64,000 bases of DNA, taken from contig JAQTQJ010000002.1 of assembly GCA_028712255.1 (NCBI GenBank), positions 22,846 to 86,845 on the forward strand. Reading direction: 5' to 3'. The position numbers and the translations under genes are program-made. Below the pieces are notes generated by a model, which saw only the letters and a list, made by a program, of their open reading frames with translations, was not told the DNA's origin and made no database searches. Below are positions 27,993 through 34,856 of the stretch, piece by piece. Origin of the DNA: Candidatus Omnitrophota bacterium. Lineage in GTDB: Bacteria; Omnitrophota; Gorgyraeia; Gygaellales; Profunditerraquicolaceae. Position 1 is the first letter of the stretch. Each line of letters begins with the position of its first letter.

Positions 27993-28834
27993 GAGAAATT
28001 AAAGCAACTCAAATAAGTGTGGCTGTTACTGAATTAGTGCGTCGCGCTAATTTTCTTTTGCGTAAGGATGTTTTATCTGCTTTATGTCGCGCTTATCGAT
28101 TAGAAAAAAATAAGCGTTCAAAAGCAATCCTTAAGGCGATACTGGATAATGCCGCTTATGCTAAGCAAAAAAACTTAGCTATTTGTCAGGATACCGGTAT
28201 GCCGGTTGTGTTTGCCGATGTTGGACAGGATGTAAAAATATCCGGAGATTTGAAAACAGCGATAAATAAGGGAGTCAAAGACGGATATAAAAAATATGCC
28301 TTAAGAAATTCCATTGTCGTTGATCCTCTTTTAAGAGGAAAATCTAAGTTTTCACCGTGCGTAATCCATACGGATGTAGTTAAAGGAAATAAAATTAAAT
28401 TAACGGTTTTACCTAAAGGTTTTGGCTGTGAGAATAAATCGCAATTAAAAATGTTTAAGCCTACAGCCAGCACAGAGGAGATCGCCAAATTTATAATTGA
28501 TGCAGTAAAAAACGCAGGTCCTGATGCTTGTCCTCCATATGTTGTCGGTGTGGGTATTGGAGGAACGGCAGATTACGCTGCTTTATTGGCTAAAAAGGCG
28601 CTTTTGAAAAGGATTAGACTACAGAGGGGACTGTCCCCGCAGGGGACTGTCCCCGGTTTTGAGCGGAAACTGTTATTTGAGATAAATAATCTTAATATCG
28701 GCCCGATGGGCCTGGGCGGTAAGACTACAGCTTTGGCGGTAAATATTGCAACATACCCGACACATATTGCCGGGTTACCGGTGAGTGTAAATATCAGCTG
28801 TCACGCCTTAAGAAGCGCCTCAGTAATTTTATGA
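27989..28834 (+). CDS. fumA: Fe-S hydro-lyase alpha subunit (class I fumarate hydratase / L(+)-tartrate dehydratase family)
   Basis: ICQDTGMPVVF and GVGIGGT motifs. Followed by the beta subunit. Confidence 0.85.
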   Translation: MREIKATQISVAVTELVRRANFLLRKDVLSALCRAYRLEKNKRSKAILKAILDNAAYAKQKNLAICQDTGMPVVFADVGQDVKISGDLKTAINKGVKDGYKKYALRNSIVVDPLLRGKSKFSPCVIHTDVVKGNKIKLTVLPKGFGCENKSQLKMFKPTASTEEIAKFIIDAVKNAGPDACPPYVVGVGIGGTADYAALLAKKALLKRIRLQRGLSPQGTVPGFERKLLFEINNLNIGPMGLGGKTTALAVNIATYPTHIAGLPVSVNISCHALRSASVIL

Positions 28835-29331
28835 AAAAATTCAATACTTTAAAAGCCGGCCAACAGATTTATTTTAACGGGACAATTTATACAGCCCGAG
28901 ACCAGGCGCATAAAAGAATGTTTGAGGCAATTAAAAAAGGAAAGCGGCTGCCTTTTGAATTAAAAGGAGCAATTATTTATTATTGCGGCCCAACGCAGGC
29001 ACCCAAGGGAAAAATTATCGGTTCCTGCGGTCCGACGACTAGTTCGCGTATGGATGAGTTTACTCCGTTATTGCTGACTAAAGGATTAAGCGCAACGATT
29101 GGCAAAGGAAGCCGTTCTAGAGAAGTAAGAGATGCGATAAAAAAACACAGAGGAGTTTATTTTGTGACTTACGCCGGCTGCGGTGCGTTATTAAGTAAAT
29201 ATGTTAAGAAGGCTAAAACAATTGCTTACCGTGATTTAGGCCCGGAGGCAATCTTAAAATTAGAAGTAAAGGATTTTCCTTTGATTGTGGCAATTGATGC
29301 TAACGGAGGGGATATTTATGATGCGTATTGA
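28831..29331 (+). CDS. fumB: Fe-S hydro-lyase beta subunit (fumarate/tartrate)
   Basis: Beta-subunit fold with YYCGP…G.G.TTS.RMD signature. Translationally coupled to the alpha subunit. Confidence 0.85.
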   Translation: MKKFNTLKAGQQIYFNGTIYTARDQAHKRMFEAIKKGKRLPFELKGAIIYYCGPTQAPKGKIIGSCGPTTSSRMDEFTPLLLTKGLSATIGKGSRSREVRDAIKKHRGVYFVTYAGCGALLSKYVKKAKTIAYRDLGPEAILKLEVKDFPLIVAIDANGGDIYDAY

Positions 29332-30034
29332 CGGACGCGGTAATGACAAAATCAGAAAAGTTAACATAACCAGAAATTATATTAAATTTCCGGAAGGCTC
29401 TTGTTTAATAGAATTAGGGAATACCAAAGTAATCTGTACTGCATCCGTTGATGAATTTGTCCCGCCGTTTTTAAGGGGCTCAGGCACAGGCTGGGTTACC
29501 GCCGAGTACGGAATGCTCCCTCGTTCATGCGGAACGCGTATCCCGCGCGGAAAAGATTCCGGCCGCACTTATGAAATTCAGCGTTTAATCGGCAGATCCC
29601 TTCGGGCAATTACCGAGATGAAGTATTTAGGTGAGCGTACCATTTGGATTGATTGTGATGTTATTCAAGGTGACGGCGGTACGCGTACCGCTTCAATTAC
29701 CGGAAGTTTCATTGCTTTAGTTGATGCTTTACAAAAACTTAAAAAAGATGGCAAGATTAGTAAGGTTCCCGTACAGGATTATGTTGCCGCAACCAGCGTT
29801 GGGATGCTAAATGGAGATTTGTTGTTAGATTTGTGTTATGAGGAGGATTCTAAAGCCGAAGTAGATATGAATGTGATTATGACTGGTTCGGGTGAATTTA
29901 TCGAAGTGCAGGGTAATGCGGAACGCAAGCCTTTTTCCAAAGAAAAAATGGATACAATGCTTGATTTCGCCAAAAAAGGAATTGAAGAACTTTTTAGTGT
30001 TCAGAGAAAACTTGTCGGAGACATATTGCTATAA
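29318..30034 (+). CDS. rph: Ribonuclease PH
   Basis: MRIDGRG…[13 protein letters not shown]…, then AEYGMLPRS and [14 protein letters not shown] motifs. ATG at 29318 lies behind an aacggagggg RBS. Confidence 0.9.
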   Translation: MMRIDGRGNDKIRKVNITRNYIKFPEGSCLIELGNTKVICTASVDEFVPPFLRGSGTGWVTAEYGMLPRSCGTRIPRGKDSGRTYEIQRLIGRSLRAITEMKYLGERTIWIDCDVIQGDGGTRTASITGSFIALVDALQKLKKDGKISKVPVQDYVAATSVGMLNGDLLLDLCYEEDSKAEVDMNVIMTGSGEFIEVQGNAERKPFSKEKMDTMLDFAKKGIEELFSVQRKLVGDILL

Positions 30035-30642
30035 TGAAGTTAGTAGTTGCTACACGAAACAAAAAGAAGTTGCTTGAGATAAAAGAAATTTTAAAGGGGA
30101 TGGATTTAACTTTATTGTCCCTTGACACCTATAAAAATTCTCCGAGAGTAGTTGAGAATGGCAAGACTTTCAAGGAGAATGCGGTAAAGAAAGCGGTGAA
30201 ATTAGCTCGATTTACAGGCGAGCTTTGCTTGGGCGAAGATTCCGGCTTGTGCGTCGACGCTCTGGATGGAGCTCCGGGGATTTATTCAGCGCGTTTCTCA
30301 GGGAAAGATAAAAGCGATATTAAGAATAATTTTAAATTACTTAAGTTACTTAAAGATATACCTTGGCAAAAAAGAAAAGCCCATTATGTTTGCGCTGTAG
30401 CGCTAGCCGATAAGCAGGAATTGATAGAAGTAGTTGAGGGAAGATGCAATGGTTTAATTGCCTTTGAACCTAAAGGCGCTGCCGGATTTGGATATGATCC
30501 GGTATTTTATATTCCAAAATATAAGAAGACATTCGCTCAAACGGGAGAAAAAATCAAGCATAAAATGAGCCACCGTTACCATGCTTTAAAAAAAGCCAAG
30601 CGGATAATCCAGAAATATATTGTTAAGCAAGTAGAGAGTTGA
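30034..30642 (+). CDS. rdgB: Non-canonical purine NTP pyrophosphatase (RdgB/HAM1)
   Basis: VATRN.KKL.E, GEDSGL.VDALDGAPG.YSAR and GFGYDP motifs. Confidence 0.9.
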   Translation: MKLVVATRNKKKLLEIKEILKGMDLTLLSLDTYKNSPRVVENGKTFKENAVKKAVKLARFTGELCLGEDSGLCVDALDGAPGIYSARFSGKDKSDIKNNFKLLKLLKDIPWQKRKAHYVCAVALADKQELIEVVEGRCNGLIAFEPKGAAGFGYDPVFYIPKYKKTFAQTGEKIKHKMSHRYHALKKAKRIIQKYIVKQVES

Positions 30643-30664
30643 TATAATAAAAGTTTACGCAATA

Positions 30665-30742
30665 CGGGGCGTGGCTCAGTTTGGCTAGAGCGTCCGCCAT
30701 TAGAACGTTGGCGGACGAGCGCCAAAGATTCAGTGGCGCTCG
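30665..30742 (+). other. 5' half of a tRNA-Pro-like gene (acceptor CGGGGCG plus D arm), followed by a 50-nt double-hairpin element, then disrupted
   Basis: cggggcg tg gctcagtttggctagagcg has the same D arm as the intact tRNA-Pro. Then tccgccattagaacgttggcgga + cgagcgccaaagattcagtggcgctcg. The matching 3' acceptor strand cgccccg is ~590 nt downstream at 31325-31331. Confidence 0.5.
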
Positions 30743-30748
30743 CCTGTT

Positions 30749-31000
30749 TTGATGATTATGTTTGTTTACGTATTAAGAAGTAAAAAAGATAAAAGTCTCT
30801 ATATAGGCTCAACAAAAAATGTAGATCAAAGGTTTAATAGCCATAATAGAGGAGAAAGTTTATCTACAAAATCGAAAAGACCGTGGGTATTAACTAGGGT
30901 TGAGGAATATAATAGTGATTCTTTAGCGTTAAAACGGGAAAAGTTTTTAAAAAGCGGTGAAGGTAGAAGGGTTCTTAAGAATCTAACTTTGTTTAAGTAA
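30749..31000 (+). CDS. Small GIY-YIG nuclease (YhbQ/UPF0213-like, nuclease domain only)
   Basis: GIY-YIG core FVYVLRS…SLYIGSTKNVDQRFNSHNRG, then SLAL.RE..K. Located inside the interrupted tRNA gene, 3 nt upstream of the intact tRNA-Pro. Confidence 0.75.
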   Translation: MMIMFVYVLRSKKDKSLYIGSTKNVDQRFNSHNRGESLSTKSKRPWVLTRVEEYNSDSLALKREKFLKSGEGRRVLKNLTLFK

Positions 31001-31003
31001 TAA

Positions 31004-31078
31004 CGGGGAGTGGCTCAGTTTGGCTAGAGCGCTTGCTTTGGGAGCAAGAGGTCGTGAGTTCAAGTCTCACCTCCCCGA
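31004..31078 (+). tRNA. tRNA-Pro (anticodon UGG)
   Basis: Cloverleaf with C1-G72 acceptor CGGGGAG/CUCCCCG, D arm GCUC-AGUUUGGCUA-GAGC, anticodon stem-loop CUUGC-UUUGGGA-GCAAG, T arm GUGAG-UUCAAGU-CUCAC, discriminator A. No encoded CCA. Confidence 0.85.
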
Positions 31079-31080
31079 CA

Positions 31081-31334
31081 TGTTAACGTATTGTATTTGG
31101 CTAGAGCGTCCGCCATTAGAACGTTGGCGGACGAGCGCCAAAGATTCAGTGGCGCTCGCTTGCTTTGGGAGCAAGAGGTCGTGAGTTCAAGTCTCACCTC
31201 CCCGACATGTTAACGTATTGTATTTGGCTAGAGCGTCCGCCATTAGAACGTTGGCGGACGAGCGCCAAAGATTCAGTGGCGCTCGCTTGCTTTGGGAGCA
31301 AGAGGTCACAGATTCAAGTCCTGTCGCCCCGATA
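31081..31334 (+). repeat. Two tandem ~127-bp units derived from the 3' three-quarters of tRNA-Pro, each carrying the identical 50-nt double-hairpin insert between tRNA positions 26 and 27
   Basis: Each unit is tgttaacgtattgta + tttggctagagcg + [50-nt insert] + cttgctttgggagcaag aggtc + T arm + acceptor 3' strand. Unit 1 ends ctcacctccccgaca, identical to the intact tRNA-Pro. Unit 2 ends acagattcaagtcctgtcgccccgata, complementary to the orphan 5' half at 30665. Confidence 0.6.
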
Positions 31335-31399
31335 AAATGTTTCGGGTAAGACCTCGCCAATGTTTAGTGGTGGGTCGCCCCGACTTTGAAAAATTAAAT

Positions 31400-31680
31400 G
31401 CGCCTGTAGCTCAAATGGATAGAGCACCTGCCTTCCAAAGGAGCCTCTATGGGGAAATAAAACTCATAGAGTGCATGTGGCTGTATGCAAGGAAATCCTT
31501 ATTTTTTAAGGATCACTTGCAGGCAACCCCCGCTATAAGCGGGGAGAGTCCTCAGAGACTATACGCCACACACCTGTAAAGGTGAAGACATAGTCCAGAC
31601 CGCAACAAGTGTTTCTGGCCGGAGTAATCCGGTGCGGTAAGCTAAGCCGGTTGTTGGCCGTTCGATTCGGCCCAGGCGCA
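31400..31680 (+). tRNA. tRNA gene interrupted in the anticodon loop by a ~207-nt group I intron; inferred tRNA-Arg (anticodon UCU) after splicing
   Basis: 5' acceptor GCGCCUG (31400-31406) and 3' strand CAGGCGC-A (31673-31680) are perfectly complementary across 281 nt. D arm GCUC-AAAUGGAUA-GAGC and T arm GGCCG-UUCGAUU-CGGCC are canonical. Exon 1 ends at …CCUGC-CUU (31434) and exon 2 begins after a G at CUAAGCCGG (31642). The anticodon assignment depends on the exact splice sites. Confidence 0.6.
31435..31641 (+). other. Putative group I intron (no ORF)
   Basis: Contains a P7-like pairing agACTAtacg … acaTAGTCcagac and several stem-loops (cctctatgggg/ctcatagag; cccgc-tataa-gcggg). Terminal G sits before exon 2 and a U before the 5' splice site. 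Size is comparable to the smallest known tRNA group I introns. Confidence 0.5.
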
Positions 31681-31817
31681 TTTAAATAGTATAAAGAATC
31701 GAACGGAAGGGGGTGTGGGGGAAAAGTGATGTCCCCCACGCTTTCGGGGTGACAGCGAACGAAGTGAGCGCCATAGGGGCAGAGCCCCTATGGGGAGCGA
31801 TCCGCCATAGGCGGAGC

Positions 31818-31846
31818 GCGACAAGTTCGATTCGGCCCAGGCGCAT
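31818..31846 (+). repeat. Direct repeat of the 3' end of the intron-containing tRNA (gttcgattcggcccaggcgcat), about 140 bp downstream
   Basis: A 22-nt exact copy of 31660-31681 preceded by a degenerate T-arm. The spacer is rich in small palindromes (cataggggcagagcccctatgg; tccgccataggcgga). Confidence 0.45.
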
Positions 31847-31853
31847 AAAATTT

Positions 31854-33080
31854 ATGGAAAACTGGAAAAAAATATTCACAATTATCGCAATTGTTGTTAT
31901 CTTTTTTAGCTTTGCCTATGCCTTTCTCTTAGTGGAAGCTAAAAATATAATTGCAGAAAAGATTGCACAGGTAACCGGCCACTCTACCACTATAAGTAAG
32001 CTGGATATTAAACCGCCGCTAAATCTTGAGATAAGAGACCTGGAGATCCAAGGCCTGCTGAAGGCTGGTTATATTTATATATCGCCGAGCATTCCTAACC
32101 TTTTATTTGGCAGAATTGCTCTTAATAAAGTTAAAATTGTAGGACCGCAGCTTACTTATCAGCGTTTAGCTGTGCCTGTTCCAGTACAAGAGAGCAGTAT
32201 CTTGGTTGTGGAAACTGTACCTGCGGCTGTTGCGCCTGCGCCTGTTATAACGCCTGCTCCTGCCGCCGCTGCGCAGCATAAAGTTTTGCCCGTAACCATA
32301 AAAAGCCTGAAAGTTTATTCTGGTAAGTTAGATTTTATCGATTCAACAGCAAAAAGCGGGGTCATAAAAGTTATGGTTAAGGATATTTACTTTTACCTAA
32401 CTAATTTATCTACTGTTGTTAAGGATTCCGTAACTAATTTTAGTTTAAAAGGCAATATTTCTTGGAATAGCGGTGAGCCTGACGGCAGGCTCCTTGCGCA
32501 GGGATGGATAAATGTTTATAAGAAGGATATGTTGGCTACTTTAAAGATTGAAAATATCGACGCCATTGTTTTTTATCCTTATTATTCAACTTGGGTGGAT
32601 TTGGAGAAGGCGCGCATTGATAAGGCTAAGTTAAATTTCAGCAGTAATATTAAAGGGGTAAATAATGATGTTGCGGCGGTTTGCCACTTAGAATTAGCTG
32701 ATATCGTGCGTAAGGTGCGGGCTCCTGAGGAGCCGCAGCAAAAGGCAGAGCGCCTGACTGACGCGGTGCTGGATATGTTTAAAAACATGAATCAAGGAAA
32801 AGTAGTTTTGGATTTTACTCTGCATACAAAAATGGATCAGCCGGTTTTTGGGTTTGGCGATATAAAATCCGCGTTTGAGGGAAAACTTATGCAGGGCAGG
32901 GCTCAAGCCGGCTTGCGGCCTCAAGACATGTTGCTATTTCCGGCTAAGATGCTGCAGAACGGAATTAAGAGCGGAGTAGATTTCTCTAGCGCCGCGGTTG
33001 ACGGAGTATTTGCTGTGGGTAATGGAATAAAGGAATTTTTTGAAGACGTTATAAATAAACCGGCTCCGGCGGCAAATTAG
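31854..33080 (+). CDS. Membrane-anchored DUF748/AsmA-like protein
   Basis: N-terminal signal anchor (IFTIIAIVVIFFSF), then a repetitive beta-rich body. Upstream ORF extension 31713-31853 overlaps the tRNA repeat and was discounted. Confidence 0.45.
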   Translation: MENWKKIFTIIAIVVIFFSFAYAFLLVEAKNIIAEKIAQVTGHSTTISKLDIKPPLNLEIRDLEIQGLLKAGYIYISPSIPNLLFGRIALNKVKIVGPQLTYQRLAVPVPVQESSILVVETVPAAVAPAPVITPAPAAAAQHKVLPVTIKSLKVYSGKLDFIDSTAKSGVIKVMVKDIYFYLTNLSTVVKDSVTNFSLKGNISWNSGEPDGRLLAQGWINVYKKDMLATLKIENIDAIVFYPYYSTWVDLEKARIDKAKLNFSSNIKGVNNDVAAVCHLELADIVRKVRAPEEPQQKAERLTDAVLDMFKNMNQGKVVLDFTLHTKMDQPVFGFGDIKSAFEGKLMQGRAQAGLRPQDMLLFPAKMLQNGIKSGVDFSSAAVDGVFAVGNGIKEFFEDVINKPAPAAN

Positions 33081-33096
33081 TTGTTTATAGAGATTT

Positions 33097-33160
33097 TCGT
33101 GGGTATAGCTTAGTTGTTTGCTCAGCGGTAGAGTCAGAGCGGTAGACTGTGGGCTATTTC
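33097..33160 (+). pseudogene. Degenerate duplicate of the 5' half of tRNA-His (acceptor through anticodon region)
   Basis: gtgggtatagcttag… matches the tRNA-His 5' end gtgggtatagctcag. Followed by gctcagcggtagag (D-arm-like) and gactgtgggc (anticodon-loop-like; intact gene has gactgtggctc). Confidence 0.45.
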
Positions 33161-33201
33161 ATTATTTTGATAAACTTATTGTTCTTTGATATAATTAAAT
33201 C

Positions 33202-33663
33202 ATGCCAAATCAAAAATGTAAGATTTGCGGTAAAGAATTCTATACAAAGCCTTTTCATGTGAAGAAAGGTTGGGGTAAATATTGTTCTATAAAATGTCGT
33301 TCTAAATCTCAATTTAATGGAAAATGGGTCAAATGCGTTAACTGCGGAAGGAAAATTTATAGGACCCCGCGTGATTATAGAAAATCAAAAAGCAAAAGAT
33401 TTTTTTGTTCAGTAGGTTGCCATTGTTCATGGGAAAATAAAAACGTGCGTTGTGGCGTTAATGCGCCAAATTGGATTGCTGGAGAAAATGCTTATAGGGA
33501 TATAATGAGAAGGTCCGGTATAGTAAAAAAATGTAATAAATGCGGAATAGATGATAAAAGAATTTTGGCAGTCCATCATAAAGACGGGAATAGAAAAAAT
33601 AATGTAATAGAAAATTTAGAATGGCTCTGTCGCAATTGTCATTTTATTGTTCATTGGTATTAG
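33202..33663 (+). CDS. HNH endonuclease
   Basis: N-terminal CxxC zinc knuckles (CKICGK, CVNCGR) and HNH core AVHHKDGNRKNNVIENLEWLCRNCH. Lies between the tRNA-His 5' fragment and the intact tRNA-His. Confidence 0.75.
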   Translation: MPNQKCKICGKEFYTKPFHVKKGWGKYCSIKCRSKSQFNGKWVKCVNCGRKIYRTPRDYRKSKSKRFFCSVGCHCSWENKNVRCGVNAPNWIAGENAYRDIMRRSGIVKKCNKCGIDDKRILAVHHKDGNRKNNVIENLEWLCRNCHFIVHWY

Positions 33664-33668
33664 TTTTT

Positions 33669-33746
33669 GGTGGGTATAGCTCAGCTGGATAGAGCACCTG
33701 ACTGTGGCTCAGGTTGTCGCGAGTTCGAATCTCGTTACCCACCCCA
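33669..33746 (+). tRNA. tRNA-His (anticodon GUG) with encoded G-1 and 3' CCA
   Basis: G-1 pairs with discriminator C73. Acceptor GUGGGUA/UACCCAC, anticodon stem-loop CCUGA-CUGUGGC-UCAGG, T arm GCGAG-UUCGAAU-CUCGU, then CCA. Confidence 0.9.
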
Positions 33747-34370
33747 TTTTTTATTTTGAGCATATAAAGCCTCCCAACTGGCCGTAGAATCAACGAGTTG
33801 CGTCGGTTCTAATCTGTTGTGGAGGCTTTGTACGTCAGGTGCCACACATTCGAACATGGCAAGGCACTTTTCCTGCTCAAATTGCAGTTTCTTGCCGTGT
33901 AAGACGAGTTTTGTGCCCAGACACGAGAGAACATACCGCTTGTCCTCTAAAGTGCCCGTGTCGAACCGTTTCTTGGCCGTTTGCGCGAACATAAACGCCT
34001 TATCCGCCCGATCCAGCCACGTTTCAGCCCTTGCCTGAGTATCGCCGATTAATTCCTCGTATTTCTGCTTTTCCTTGAGGATATCCTCTTTTTTCTTGGC
34101 GTATTCTTCCGCGCCGATCTCTTCGTTCAATCGCATATTAAAAAGCGCGTCTAATTTTTTAACGCAGGCGTCCAGATTATGCCGGTGCGCCTTGGTGATC
34201 TCATCGCGGTCGACTATTTCTTTTGATTGATCAGCTTTAAGTTGTTTTATCGCCCAATCCCGGAATTGCGGCGGTATGGTTATTTTGCCTAAAATGTCAC
34301 GGATTTGATTCTCAAGATCCTCTAAGCGTATAGGCGGCTCGGAGCAATCCCGTTTGATACTGCGCGCCCT
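33735..34370 (-). pseudogene. C-terminal fragment of a serine-recombinase-like protein (coiled-coil/zinc-ribbon region); N-terminal catalytic domain absent
   Basis: Open frame runs with no start codon from a TAA near 34370 to the first Met at 34136: …IRLEDLENQIRDILGKI…DEITKAHRHNLDACVKKLDALFNMRLNEE…. The 3' end overlaps the tRNA-His 3' end by ~12 nt, an integrase-next-to-tRNA arrangement. The family assignment is tentative. Confidence 0.45.
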
Positions 34371-34485
34371 TTATTGCACAGGAGGCTCCTTGTTAGAGGC
34401 TTATTCTATCAACTTTTCAAAGAACTTTTCGGCTCTTTAAAATCTAATAGTTGCACATAAATCGGGGAAGAACTTTAAAAAATTA

Positions 34486-34513
34486 TTGACATATTTAGTG
34501 AATATGCTAAACT
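34486..34513 (+). promoter_or_regulatory. Sigma-70-type promoter for the DUF134 operon, with a downstream operator-like palindrome
   Basis: TTGACA, 16-nt spacer, TAAACT. Followed by GTTATGcacatatgttCATAAC before the aggaggc RBS. Confidence 0.35.
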
Positions 34514-34550
34514 TGTTATGCACATATGTTCATAACGATAGGAGGCTATT

Positions 34551-34856
34551 TTGAGGCCAAAGAAAACTAGATGGGTAAAGTGTATTCCAGGTGAAAGGTG
34601 TTTTAAACCACTTTGTAAACCTTTAAATAAGCTGGAAGGGGTCTTTTTGACACTTGATGAGTTTGAGGCTGTGCGTCTAGCCTGTCTTGAAGGATTAAAA
34701 CAGGTAGAAGCGGCAAAGTTAATGAAGATTTCCCGGTCGACTTTCTCTAGAATTATTACTTTAGCGCACCGTAAGATAGCTGATGGATTAGTTAATATAA
34801 AAGCAATTAGGATTGAAGGCGGTTGCTGTAAGATTAAGGGGAGGGGCAAGCAATGA
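34551..34856 (+). CDS. DUF134 (UPF0251) predicted DNA-binding protein
   Basis: …CFKP…LTLDEFEA.RL..LEGL.Q.EAA..M.ISR.TF.RI…A.RK.ADALVNGKAIRIEGG is the conserved DUF134 pattern, a sigma region-4-like HTH. Confidence 0.75.
   Translation: MRPKKTRWVKCIPGERCFKPLCKPLNKLEGVFLTLDEFEAVRLACLEGLKQVEAAKLMKISRSTFSRIITLAHRKIADGLVNIKAIRIEGGCCKIKGRGKQ

Noticed and set aside
31081-31334. Possibility that the tandem units are a tiny CRISPR array
   Set aside because: Only two units, and the 'spacers' are identical. The repeats are tRNA-derived, not short palindromic repeats separated by unique spacers. No cas genes nearby.
31292-31579. 95-codon plus-strand ORF
   Set aside because: Overlaps the tRNA-derived tandem repeat and the intron-containing tRNA. 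Its translation (…CRPDKMFRVRPRQ…) is low-complexity. The RNA features explain the region better.
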